Source: Verrucomicrobiota bacterium | Lineage (GTDB): Bacteria; Verrucomicrobiota; Kiritimatiellia; JAHIZV01 | Direction: 5' to 3' | NCBI GenBank assembly: GCA_018814445.1 | Contig: JAHIZV010000113.1 | Span: forward strand, 12,679 to 76,678 | DNA length: 64,000 bases | In this document: positions 9,556 to 18,845 of the stretch, in pieces | Layout: each line of letters opens with the position of its first letter | Numbering within the stretch: position 1 is the first letter of the stretch | Made by a program: the position numbers and the translations under genes | Notes under the pieces: generated by a model | The model's database searches: none | What the model saw: only the letters and a program-made list of their open reading frames with translations | What the model was told of the DNA's origin: nothing

Positions 9556-10920
9556 ATGCAGCATGTACGTGACATATGGCCGCGCAAGCCGGCGGTCATA
9601 ATCTGTGTCTGCGCGGTTCTTCTTGCCGGTCAGGCCAGGGCACTGGAATTCACGATCAACCAGATCGCGGATGAGAATCTCATTAACCGCGATCCTGTGA
9701 TCAGCGAAACGGGCATGGTGGTCTGGCAGGGCAGTGAGAAATCAGATGTCGGAGGTACGTCCGCTGATATTTATAAATACAAGGATGGACAGGCAAACTC
9801 CATCACACGCGAGATGCTCTGGCCCCTGTCCGCAGATGTACACCCGCAGGTTCAGTCAAACACCATAGTCTGGCAGACTACCTACAATGTGAAACCTCGC
9901 GATGTTAGTTGGATTCTGCGGGAAGTCCCGACTCGCGATGATGGTTACCCGGAGCTCTGGGCTCTCCCTCGATATACTGGTAATAACAAGGTTGACCCCA
10001 ACAAAGAACCCGATGCGCAGGACTGGAGCGACACCGTGTCGAATGTTGCACAAGCCGCACATTTCTACGAGCAACTGGAAGGGACGGACACCACCGCGCC
10101 TTCAACGAACGACCTGAAGTTCCGCAGGCATCCCAGCGGCGACAATGAAATCTGCATCTGGCATGACGGGGATGCCCAGATCCAGAGGATCACGGAAGAT
10201 TATCGCAATGACTTGAGCCCCTCGTTCTGGGGAGATCTTGTGGCCTGGCAGAAGGCAAAAGCATGGCCTTTCGGCTGGGAGATCATGGTGTGGGACACGA
10301 GCGGATACAGGGCTCAGTTGACCACAAACTACTACTACGACATGGGTACGCGCGTCCAAGATGGCAAGGTCGTCTGGTATGGATGGGACGGTCACGACTT
10401 TGAGATCTTTCTCTATGATCACGCCGGCAGAAGCCAAATGCAGATTACAAGCAACCATTTCGATGATGTGTCTCCCTATATTTGGAATGGCGAGGTCACA
10501 TGGGAAGCCTATCCCGGCGTTGAGGCGGACGTGTATCTCTGGCGTGATGGAAGTGTGCGCAAGCTCAGCGGAAACATAGATGACGATCTGAATCCGCGCA
10601 TCTGGAACGGACAGGTAGTCTGGCAGGGCTTCGATGGGGACGACTTCGAAATCTACTACTTCAACGGTGAACGGACAATCAAGCTCACGAGCAACACGTA
10701 CGACGATGTGGACCCGCAGATCAGAGACGGCCTGATTGTCTGGATGGGCTATCTTGATAACTGGGATGCTGAAATATATGTATCCGACGGCAAGGAGAGC
10801 GTCCAGTTAACGGACAATGACTACGAAGACCGGGCTCCGGATACTGCCGGAGGACGAGTCGTCTGGCAGGCCGACCACGACGGAAAGTCCGAGATCTATC
10901 TCGCCGAACCGAAGCCTTAG
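9556..10920 (+). CDS. Secreted beta-propeller repeat protein (TolB-like / Methanosarcina surface-protein-type repeats)
   Basis: Signal peptide ending AQARA; about 8 repeats of ~40 aa, consensus QLT.N..DD..P.I..G.VVW.G.DG.D.EIY; ORF track start 9514, ATG 9556 preferred. Confidence 0.75.
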   Translation: MQHVRDIWPRKPAVIICVCAVLLAGQARALEFTINQIADENLINRDPVISETGMVVWQGSEKSDVGGTSADIYKYKDGQANSITREMLWPLSADVHPQVQSNTIVWQTTYNVKPRDVSWILREVPTRDDGYPELWALPRYTGNNKVDPNKEPDAQDWSDTVSNVAQAAHFYEQLEGTDTTAPSTNDLKFRRHPSGDNEICIWHDGDAQIQRITEDYRNDLSPSFWGDLVAWQKAKAWPFGWEIMVWDTSGYRAQLTTNYYYDMGTRVQDGKVVWYGWDGHDFEIFLYDHAGRSQMQITSNHFDDVSPYIWNGEVTWEAYPGVEADVYLWRDGSVRKLSGNIDDDLNPRIWNGQVVWQGFDGDDFEIYYFNGERTIKLTSNTYDDVDPQIRDGLIVWMGYLDNWDAEIYVSDGKESVQLTDNDYEDRAPDTAGGRVVWQADHDGKSEIYLAEPKP

Positions 10921-11025
10921 CCGCCTTCGCCGGCTCCAAGCTGAACTTTAAGCGTTGAACTCTCGACTTCCCCACGTATGATCCCCCCTCACTCCGCGTT
11001 CTGCGGGGCAGCAAGGAGGTCTGAG

Positions 11026-12564
11026 TTGTTAGCGCAGGTGTATTCAGGGGCGGTCTATGGCGTCGACGCGTATCGCGTTGATATTGAGGTCAATGCAGGT
11101 CACGGAGAACCGAAGGTTATCATCGTCGGACTTCCCGACGCGGCCGTGAAGGAGAGCTCAGACCGGGTCTGGACCGCTCTAATAAACTCAGGATTCGCTC
11201 CGCACTTCGGCCGAACCACCGTGAATCTCGCCCCCGCCGATATTAAGAAGGAAGGACCCGTTTTCGACCTGCCCATCGCTCTGGGTATGCTTGCCGCGAC
11301 AGATGCAATTTCGTCAGATCGTCTCCGAGAGTTCTGCATGGTGGGCGAACTCGCGCTGAGTGGAGAAGTGCGCCGCGTACGGGGCGTTCTGCCGATCGCC
11401 CTGCACGCGAAGAAAGAGGGATTGAAAGGAATACTGGTTCCCGTCGGGAATGCGGAGGAGGCGGCCGTCGTTGACGGCCTCGATGTGTACCCCGTAAGCA
11501 CACTCCGGGAAGCGGCAGATTTTCTGGATGGGAAACTCTACCTCGAACCTCTCGCTTTCGACGTGCAGTCGGTTTTCGACAGGTATGGAGTATACGACGA
11601 GGACTTCGCGGAGGTGAAGGGCCAGGAAACCGCCAAACGAGCCCTGGAAGTCGCGCTCGCGGGCGGTCATAACGTGCTCTTGATCGGCCCGCCGGGTACC
11701 GGAAAAACGATGTTGGCAAAGCGGGTGCCTTCGGTCCTCCCACCGATGACACTGGAAGAAGCTCTTGAGGCAACGAAGATACACAGCATCGCGGGAACAC
11801 TTCCTCCCGGTCAGGCCCTGGCCGCCACACGGACATTCCGCGCCCCGCATCACACGATATCGGATGCCGGACTGCTTGGGGGCGGCTCTCATCCCACACC
11901 CGGCGAAGTCAGTCTCGCCCACCACGGCGTGCTCTTCCTCGACGAGCTTCCGGAATTCCACCGCAACGTGCTGGAGGTATTGAGACAGCCGCTCGAAGAC
12001 AGAGAAGTGACGGTGTCGCGTGCCGCGGCAACTGTGACTTTTCCCTGCGGCTTCATTCTCGTCGCCGCCATGAACCCCTGCCCGTGCGGTTATCACACGG
12101 ATCCGCAGCGGGAGTGTCGATGCTCTCCCATTCAGATTCAGCGCTACAGAAACAAGATCTCGGGTCCGCTCCTCGATAGGATAGATATACATATTGAGGT
12201 TCCCACAGTCCGGTACCAGGAACTGTCATCGCTTGAATCCGGCGAAAGCTCATCCAGCATCAGGCAACGCGTCATCGCGGCAAGACGCAGCCAGCAGGAA
12301 CGCTTCAGAAACCGGCGCAAGGTTCACTGCAACGCGGACATGGGCTCACGGGAGGTGAGTGATTGCTGCAAGCTGGATTCGGAAGCACAGGATCTCCTCA
12401 GAATGGCCATCCACGAACTGAACTTCAGCGCCCGCGCCTACAACCGCATCCTCAAGGTCGCCAGAACTATCGCCGACCTCGACGGCGCGCCGGAAACGAT
12501 CACTTCAGAGCATGTGTCCGAGGCCATTCAGTATCGGAGCCTTGACCGCCAGATGTGGGTGTGA
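11026..12564 (+). CDS. comM: YifB/ComM family Mg-chelatase-like AAA+ ATPase
   Basis: Lon-like N-domain ([22 protein letters not shown]), Walker [24 protein letters not shown], Zn-finger CPCG...CRC; TTG start with AAGGAGG RBS. Confidence 0.93.
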   Translation: MLAQVYSGAVYGVDAYRVDIEVNAGHGEPKVIIVGLPDAAVKESSDRVWTALINSGFAPHFGRTTVNLAPADIKKEGPVFDLPIALGMLAATDAISSDRLREFCMVGELALSGEVRRVRGVLPIALHAKKEGLKGILVPVGNAEEAAVVDGLDVYPVSTLREAADFLDGKLYLEPLAFDVQSVFDRYGVYDEDFAEVKGQETAKRALEVALAGGHNVLLIGPPGTGKTMLAKRVPSVLPPMTLEEALEATKIHSIAGTLPPGQALAATRTFRAPHHTISDAGLLGGGSHPTPGEVSLAHHGVLFLDELPEFHRNVLEVLRQPLEDREVTVSRAAATVTFPCGFILVAAMNPCPCGYHTDPQRECRCSPIQIQRYRNKISGPLLDRIDIHIEVPTVRYQELSSLESGESSSSIRQRVIAARRSQQERFRNRRKVHCNADMGSREVSDCCKLDSEAQDLLRMAIHELNFSARAYNRILKVARTIADLDGAPETITSEHVSEAIQYRSLDRQMWV

Positions 12565-12590
12565 AGAAGGTGTGGGAGTGTGGTCGAGGA

Positions 12591-14528
12591 TCAGAGGAAG
12601 AAGTTGGCCTGATCGAGAAGGTCTTCCGGCAGCTCCTTCACAAAACGCGAGGTTGAGTAGTACGTCGTGCTTCCATCGCGCGCCCTTCGCAGTTCAGGGC
12701 AGCACAGATACAGTTCATCTTTCGCGCGAGTGACGGCGACGTAGAACAGGCGTCTTTCCTCCGACTCGCCGCTGCCTTCTGACAGAGAGCGTCCGGAAGG
12801 AAACATGCCGTCCGCCAGCCAGAGAAGAAACACGACACTCCACTCCAGACCCTTCGCCTGATGGACGGTGCTCAATCGAAGCGCCTCATCATCACCGTTG
12901 CCGACGCGGTCGGCCTCGGCGTCAAGGTTGGTCAACAAGGCCACCTCGCTGAGAAATCCTGCCGTGGAGTTGAACTGCTCTGTGTAGAGAATGAGCGCCT
13001 GTATGTCTTCGACCCGTCTTACGTAGTTGTCGAATGTCTCAACGGCATACACGTCATAGAACGCCTCCATAAACCGACTGACGGTTTCGCCGGGCTTCTT
13101 ATCGAGCCCTTCCTTGCGATAAGAGACACAGATCGTCTCAATCTCGCTCCATGGCTCCCTCGCAGGCACGGGGATGCTTTCTCTCAGTATCTTCAGTTGC
13201 CCCTGCTCCTCCGGATCAAAGTGATTTCCGAGCTTGTTCCAGAGCTTCACGGCAGTCCTCTGTCCGATGCGGGGCAGAAGGCAGAGAAGACGGAGGAAGG
13301 CCAGTTCGTCGGCCGGATTCTCCAACAGACGAAGCAGGCTGGAAACGTCCTTGATGTGCGCCTGCTCAAAGAATCTGACCCCCGACGTGATCGCGTACGG
13401 AATCCCTGCCCGTGCCAGCTCAAGCTGAAGTTCGAGTGCCTGAAAATGTGACCGATAGAGAACAACCATATCTTTGGGCCGATAGCCGTCGCGCTTTAGA
13501 GCGCGAAACCGCTCGATTACGAACCGCGCCTGGCTGTCGCCGTCCCTGAGTTTCACCAGCGCCGGTTTCTTATACAGGTCACGGACCGATCTCAGGTGCT
13601 TCTGAAACTGTTCGGGATTCGCCGCAATGCTCGCGTTCGCGAGTTCAAGAATCTCAGGCACGCTTCGGTAGTTGGTCTCAAGCTTGTAGACCTGGCAATC
13701 GGGATATCTGTCCGGAAACTCAAGGATGTTCCTGTAGTCCGCGCCCCTCCAGGAGTAGATGCTCTGAAAATCGTCTCCAACCACGAGGAGGTTTCTGTGG
13801 CGCGCCGCCACGAGGTCAACCCATTCGGCCTGAATGCAGTTGGTATCCTGGTACTCGTCCACGAGCGTATAGCGAAAGCGATCCTGATAGAGCTCGCATA
13901 GTTCGTCATGTTCGCGAAACAGCCGCAGGCCGTTCAGCAGCAGATCGTCAAAATCCATTGCGTTCAGTTCGAGCTTCTTTGCGCTGTACGATCGCCACAC
14001 TCTTTCGATGTCCTCAATGTTGATCGGATGATGCTCGAACCGCTCGTGAGCAATCTCAAGAACGTCTGTATTCGTGCTCGAAGCCAACCCGAAGATACTG
14101 AGAAGAACGTCGGGCTTGGGAAAATGTTTCCCGGACAGGTTCAGTTCCTGCGTGACGGCTTTGACAAGACTTCTCGAGTCATCCTGATCCAGGATAGTGT
14201 AGTCTGTGTCGTACCCGAGCGCGGCGGAATGTCGCCTGAGAATCCGGTTGGCCATATGATGAAAGGTGCCGCCCCACAGCCCTCCTACCCGCTCTCCCAC
14301 CAGCCCTTGCGCCCTCTCGAGCATCTCGCGCGCAGCCCTGTTTGTGAAGGTGAGAAGCAGAATACGGGCCGGATCGATGTTCTGCTCAACGAGGTAGGCC
14401 ACGCGATAGGTCAGCGCCCGGGTTTTGCCGGTTCCCGCCGCAGCGATGACCAGCACGGGGCCATCGCCGGCCTGAACGGCCGCCAGTTGCTCTCCGTTGA
14501 GGTCTGCTTCAAAATTGATCTGAGACAT
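12591..14528 (-). CDS. UvrD/PcrA/Rep superfamily-1 DNA helicase
   Basis: AAAGTGKT, TFTNRAAREM, VDEYQDTN, VGDDFQSIYSWRGA, NYRS, TVHQAKGLEW, EERRLFYVAVTRA. Confidence 0.93.
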   Translation of the reverse strand: MSQINFEADLNGEQLAAVQAGDGPVLVIAAAGTGKTRALTYRVAYLVEQNIDPARILLLTFTNRAAREMLERAQGLVGERVGGLWGGTFHHMANRILRRHSAALGYDTDYTILDQDDSRSLVKAVTQELNLSGKHFPKPDVLLSIFGLASSTNTDVLEIAHERFEHHPINIEDIERVWRSYSAKKLELNAMDFDDLLLNGLRLFREHDELCELYQDRFRYTLVDEYQDTNCIQAEWVDLVAARHRNLLVVGDDFQSIYSWRGADYRNILEFPDRYPDCQVYKLETNYRSVPEILELANASIAANPEQFQKHLRSVRDLYKKPALVKLRDGDSQARFVIERFRALKRDGYRPKDMVVLYRSHFQALELQLELARAGIPYAITSGVRFFEQAHIKDVSSLLRLLENPADELAFLRLLCLLPRIGQRTAVKLWNKLGNHFDPEEQGQLKILRESIPVPAREPWSEIETICVSYRKEGLDKKPGETVSRFMEAFYDVYAVETFDNYVRRVEDIQALILYTEQFNSTAGFLSEVALLTNLDAEADRVGNGDDEALRLSTVHQAKGLEWSVVFLLWLADGMFPSGRSLSEGSGESEERRLFYVAVTRAKDELYLCCPELRRARDGSTTYYSTSRFVKELPEDLLDQANFFL

Positions 14529-14541
14529 GGACAGATGAAGA

Positions 14542-14569
14542 AATGGTTAATGGCTGATGGTTGATGGCC
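14542..14569. repeat. Degenerate heptamer tandem repeat (AATGGTT AATGGCT GATGGTT GATGGCC)
   Basis: Four 7-nt units read directly between the yihY stop and the helicase start. Confidence 0.6.
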
Positions 14570-14584
14570 GCATGGACGAGGAGT

Positions 14585-15919
14585 TCAGGTTACCTGTTCC
14601 TCGACCAGGTCTTCAACAGTGCGGCCCTGCAGGATACCGTCCATGCCTTCCCCCAGCCTCTCCAGCACGGCGGCGACGGACGAGTCAATATTCTCGATGC
14701 CGAGCATCGCGGGACTCGCACCTGACTCCGCGATCACATTGAAAACGTCCCTGACCGTAATACCGTCCGCCGCCCGGCACAGCACATAACACCCTCCGCG
14801 ATCGGCCACTTCGACAAGGAAACCTGCCTCCTCCAGCAGTTCAACCAGCTTGTTGACCAGACGTATCGGCACACGGTTCTCACGGGCAAAAGCGCTGACT
14901 TCGAATACACCGCCCTGCGTCTTCTGCGCGCGCCCCGCCGATGTGATGATCGAGAGCAGCAGAAGCGATCTGGAATGAATGCTCGGAACCGCATTTGTGA
15001 GCTCCATCGGATATGTGTCCTGGTTCTGGATCGCAAAGGCGACCTCCGCCCCGAGAAGTATAATGATCCAGCTTATATACAGCCACGCCAGGAATATCGG
15101 CACCGTCGCGAATGTCCCGTAGATCGCGTTGTACCGGGCTACGCCCACCTGCATCGTGATATACGTATTCTGCCACGTAAGCCACATGAGCGACCCCGCC
15201 AAAGCGCTGACCGCCGCCGGCATGAGGCGAACGCGCGTGTTTGGAAGAAACAGATACAGGAAGATGAAAGCCAACCACGCACTGAAGGCCGGAGTGAAAC
15301 GCAGGAGACTTCGATAGAGAATCCCGACGCTCCCGAGTTTCGCGATGACCGTCTCGCTCTGAAGCGTTGCCGAGAATGTACCGGCTATACCAATGAGAAT
15401 GGGCACGACAACGAGAATGCTGATGTAGTTCGCCGTCCTCCGCATGATGTTCCGCGAGCGCGCGATGCCCCATATCCGGTTGAATGCGTCTTCCATGCCG
15501 GCCAGCACCCAGGTCGCTGCCATCAGCAGAGCGGCGAGACCCACCCAGCTCAGGCGCGTGTAGTCGGTGTTGTTGACCACTTCCACCATCTTGTCGAGGA
15601 ACGTCTGAAACTCGACCGGCATATCGCCCTTCCATTCGAGAAAGCTGTCTATGCGATCCTGACCGACCCCGAATCCGCGCAGAATGGAAAAGATGATCGC
15701 AAGCAGAGGAATAAGGGACATCAAAGAGGCAAACGTCAGGGCGGACGCACGGATAAGCAGTTCGTCGTTCTTTATTCCCCGCACCACGAGATGCACCGTG
15801 CGCAGAGCAGATACACCCGTTCGCCGGATGAGGGACATCGATGAGATATCGAGAGTCCAGACGTCATGCAGAATGAACTGCCGGCACTTCTTCCAACTGA
15901 ATCCAGAATCCTCAGACAT
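14585..15919 (-). CDS. YihY/BrkB family inner-membrane protein with C-terminal Rrf2-like winged helix
   Basis: RASALTFASLMSLIPLLA, AFNRIW, YNAIYGTFA..P.FL.W.Y..W...L.GAE; C-terminal wHTH (L.EAGF...GG.Y.L). Confidence 0.85.
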   Translation of the reverse strand: MSEDSGFSWKKCRQFILHDVWTLDISSMSLIRRTGVSALRTVHLVVRGIKNDELLIRASALTFASLMSLIPLLAIIFSILRGFGVGQDRIDSFLEWKGDMPVEFQTFLDKMVEVVNNTDYTRLSWVGLAALLMAATWVLAGMEDAFNRIWGIARSRNIMRRTANYISILVVVPILIGIAGTFSATLQSETVIAKLGSVGILYRSLLRFTPAFSAWLAFIFLYLFLPNTRVRLMPAAVSALAGSLMWLTWQNTYITMQVGVARYNAIYGTFATVPIFLAWLYISWIIILLGAEVAFAIQNQDTYPMELTNAVPSIHSRSLLLLSIITSAGRAQKTQGGVFEVSAFARENRVPIRLVNKLVELLEEAGFLVEVADRGGCYVLCRAADGITVRDVFNVIAESGASPAMLGIENIDSSVAAVLERLGEGMDGILQGRTVEDLVEEQVT

Positions 15920-16478
15920 CGCCCGCCCCCTTCTCGTAGAGCATCCACGCGACCAGCGTTTTCGCGTCCTCGATCTTCCCCGTCACCATCAGTTTCTCGA
16001 GTTCGCTTTTCTTCAGCACGACGGGTTCAACGAACTCGTCATGATCCAATGAGTCGTCGCCTCTCTCATTCGACAATTCAGCATAGAATATATCGATTCG
16101 CTCGTCCACATAACCCGGCGTGGGAAGCATTGAGCCAAGCTGACGGATCATAGTTACGTCATGCCCCGTTTCCTCGGTAACTTCGCGGCGGGCGCAGTCG
16201 ATTGAAGCCTCATCGTCGTCACAGATGCCTGCAATCACTTCCAGGACGATCCGCTCGACGGCTTTGCGGAACTGGCGGACCAGCATGAAATCTCCTGAGG
16301 GCAGGCGAGCAAGGACCGCCGCGGCAGGACGATGCCGGACGATCTCCCGCCTGGATGTCGCTCCGTTATCGAGCTGCACGTCCTGCAGTTCCAGACTCAG
16401 GATCCTGCCCTTGTATATCGTCTTCTGTGATAGTGTCTTCTCGTACACAGTCCCTCGCCTCATGAAAAAAGACTGCAT
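15912..16478 (-). CDS. NUDIX hydrolase, ADP-ribose pyrophosphatase (NudF)-like
   Basis: Nudix box G..D..E....CARREVTEETG; REIVRH, RQFR, TPG..DE, I.DAKT. Confidence 0.88.
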   Translation of the reverse strand: MQSFFMRRGTVYEKTLSQKTIYKGRILSLELQDVQLDNGATSRREIVRHRPAAAVLARLPSGDFMLVRQFRKAVERIVLEVIAGICDDDEASIDCARREVTEETGHDVTMIRQLGSMLPTPGYVDERIDIFYAELSNERGDDSLDHDEFVEPVVLKKSELEKLMVTGKIEDAKTLVAWMLYEKGAGDV

Positions 16479-16582
16479 GCCGTCATTTCGGGCGGAACAG
16501 CGCGGTGGTCCACTCTGCGACCGGGATCCCGTTACTCATAGATGGATTGCCCTCATCTGCTGCCATACCCTAATATGCGCGC

Positions 16583-17731
16583 ATGATGGATTCGAGAAAA
16601 GATCGTGAGATTCTGGAGGATGGCCATCTCGCCCCTTACGCCGCCAGATGCAGCACTTCATACGGGCGCCGCCACTCCGAAGAGGAGCATATGTTCCGTA
16701 CCGCGTTCCAGCGGGACCGCGACCGGATCATTCACAGTCCATCTTTCCGGAGGCTCGAATACAAGACGCAGGTGTTCGTCAACGGAACGGCAGATCATTA
16801 CCGCACGCGTTTGACGCACACGATGGAAATGACCTCGATCGGACGGAACATCGCCCGGACTTTGCGCGCCAACGAGGACCTGACCGAGACGATAGCGCTG
16901 GCCCACGATATCGGACACAGTCCGTTCGGTCATGTGGGCGAGCGGGAACTGGACGACCTCATGAAGAACGAGGGAGGCTTTGATCACAACATCCAGAGCC
17001 TGCGGTGGGTGGAACTGCTTGAGAACCGCTATCCGGCGTTCCCCGGCCTGAATCTGACATGGGAAGTGCGGGCAGGCTTACGCAAACACCTGTCTCATGT
17101 CAAAGGGGCCGAACTTGACGGCCGTCCGATAGGTCCATTCCAATTCATTGAGGGCCAGATCGCGGACGTGGCGGATGATATTTCCTATCACGCTCATGAC
17201 GTCGAGGACGGACTGGAAGCAGGACTTCTCTCTCTCGAGATGCTGAACGAGCTTGAGCTCTGGCGAAAGGCGATTGAGCAGGCCGACAAGGACTTCCCCA
17301 CTATGTCCGAAAGTCAACGTTATGTCGTGGCTATCCGCTATACGCTGGAACTGCAGGTGCAGGATATCATTCGCGAAGCGACGAGGCGGCTTGAGAAGTA
17401 TCAGCCCGCTTCGCCGGTCGACATTATGAACGCTCCCGAACGCATCGTGACGTTCAGCAGCGAAATGCAAAGCCTGCTTCAGCCGTTCCGCGCGTTTCTC
17501 TTCGAGAACGTGTACTGGCATCCGTCGGTCGCCGACGCTAACAACGAAGCTGTGCGGATGATGCGCCGTCTTTTCCTGCACTATGTAGAACACCCCGAAG
17601 CCATGGGACGTAAGGCTCGGGCACGGCTTGAGAAAGAGGGATTGTGGCGTACGGCCTGTGACTACGTGTCGGGCATGACGGACCGGTACGCGCTGGCGGA
17701 GTACATCCGATTCGGTTTAGACAAGGAATGA
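16583..17731 (+). CDS. dgt: Deoxyguanosinetriphosphate triphosphohydrolase (HD domain)
   Basis: FQRDRDRIIHS..FRRLEYKTQVF, RTRLTHT, AHDIGH.PFGH.GE, ADDI.Y..HDVED, DYVSGMTDRYA. Confidence 0.93.
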   Translation: MMDSRKDREILEDGHLAPYAARCSTSYGRRHSEEEHMFRTAFQRDRDRIIHSPSFRRLEYKTQVFVNGTADHYRTRLTHTMEMTSIGRNIARTLRANEDLTETIALAHDIGHSPFGHVGERELDDLMKNEGGFDHNIQSLRWVELLENRYPAFPGLNLTWEVRAGLRKHLSHVKGAELDGRPIGPFQFIEGQIADVADDISYHAHDVEDGLEAGLLSLEMLNELELWRKAIEQADKDFPTMSESQRYVVAIRYTLELQVQDIIREATRRLEKYQPASPVDIMNAPERIVTFSSEMQSLLQPFRAFLFENVYWHPSVADANNEAVRMMRRLFLHYVEHPEAMGRKARARLEKEGLWRTACDYVSGMTDRYALAEYIRFGLDKE

Positions 17732-17743
17732 AGGAGACTTCTC

Positions 17744-18754
17744 ATGATTCGTGAAACCATAGCCAGACTGGTTGAACATCAGGACATCACGCGCGAAGAA
17801 GCACATGCGACCATGCGCGAGATCATGGGCGGCGAAGCCACGGAGGCCCAGATTGCGTCCTTCATCACGGCCCTCCGCATGCACGGCGAATCGCCCGCAG
17901 TGATAGCAGGCTGCGCGGCGGCCATGCGCGAGAATTTCACCGCCGTCGAACCTCATGCCGATGTAGTTGTCGATGTCGTCGGCACCGGCGGCGATTGCGC
18001 GCACACGTTCAACATATCAACGGCGTCCGCGATCGTAACGTCAGGCGCCGGCATCACCGTCGCCAAGCATGGGAACCGAAGCGTCTCCAGCAAGAGCGGT
18101 GCGGCGGATGTCCTCGGCGCGCTCGGTGTGAATATCACCTGCGCCCCTGAGATCATGTCTCAATGCCTGAAAGAAATCGGACTCGCGTTTCTCTTCGCGC
18201 CAGCTCTGCATCCCGCGATGAAATATGCCATCGGACCGCGAAGGGAAATCGGAATCCGCACTATCTTCAATATCCTCGGCCCCATCTCCAATCCCGCCAG
18301 TGCCCGACACGGGCTTCTCGGCGTATACTCCGCAGATCTCGTGCCCGTTATGGCGGAAGCCTGCGCGTCGCTCGGTGTGAAGCATCTGTTCGTGGTACAC
18401 GGAATGGACGGGCTTGATGAGATCACCCTGACGACCACAACGCAGGTCGCCGAGGTGAAAGACGGCAGGATCGAAAACTACCAGATCACGCCCGCCACCG
18501 CTGGACTGGAGACATGTACTCCCGACGAACTCGTGGGCGGAGAACCCGAAGACAACGCCACGATCATTCGCGCGATACTCGACGGTGAATCCGGCCCGAA
18601 ACGGGACGTCGTCCTCCTCAACTCCGCCGCGGCAATCGTAAGCGCCGGCAAGGCATCAGACCTGAAAGAAGGTGTCCAGGTTGCCGCCGAATCCATCGAC
18701 TCCGGAGCCGCCAAAGCTAAGCTGGAGAAACTCATCGCACTGACGAAAGTGTAG
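17744..18754 (+). CDS. trpD: Anthranilate phosphoribosyltransferase
   Basis: GTGGD..HTFNIST, KHGNRSVSSKSG.AD.L, HPAMK, RTIFNILGP. Confidence 0.96.
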   Translation: MIRETIARLVEHQDITREEAHATMREIMGGEATEAQIASFITALRMHGESPAVIAGCAAAMRENFTAVEPHADVVVDVVGTGGDCAHTFNISTASAIVTSGAGITVAKHGNRSVSSKSGAADVLGALGVNITCAPEIMSQCLKEIGLAFLFAPALHPAMKYAIGPRREIGIRTIFNILGPISNPASARHGLLGVYSADLVPVMAEACASLGVKHLFVVHGMDGLDEITLTTTTQVAEVKDGRIENYQITPATAGLETCTPDELVGGEPEDNATIIRAILDGESGPKRDVVLLNSAAAIVSAGKASDLKEGVQVAAESIDSGAAKAKLEKLIALTKV

Positions 18755-18789
18755 TCTGTGAAGCCACCTGTTCAAGACGGGCGCAGGAC

Positions 18790-18835
18790 CTCCAATGCCC
18801 GGAAGTGTCGAGGCGGCACTTTCCGAACCTTGGAA
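18790..18835. repeat. Doublet of degenerate TTCCAA-N3-TTGGAA palindromes around a GC-rich hairpin, between convergent genes (possible bidirectional terminator or REP-like element)
   Basis: CTCCAATGCCCGGAA (18790) and TTCCGAACCTTGGAA (18821); inner IR CGGAAGTGTC/GGCACTTTCCG. Confidence 0.45.
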
Positions 18836-18845
18836 CTGAAGCAGT

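Noticed and set aside
16583-17731. dGTPase as an anti-phage defence gene
   Set aside because: Short housekeeping-type dgt, co-oriented with trpD, with genome-typical composition and no defence neighbours
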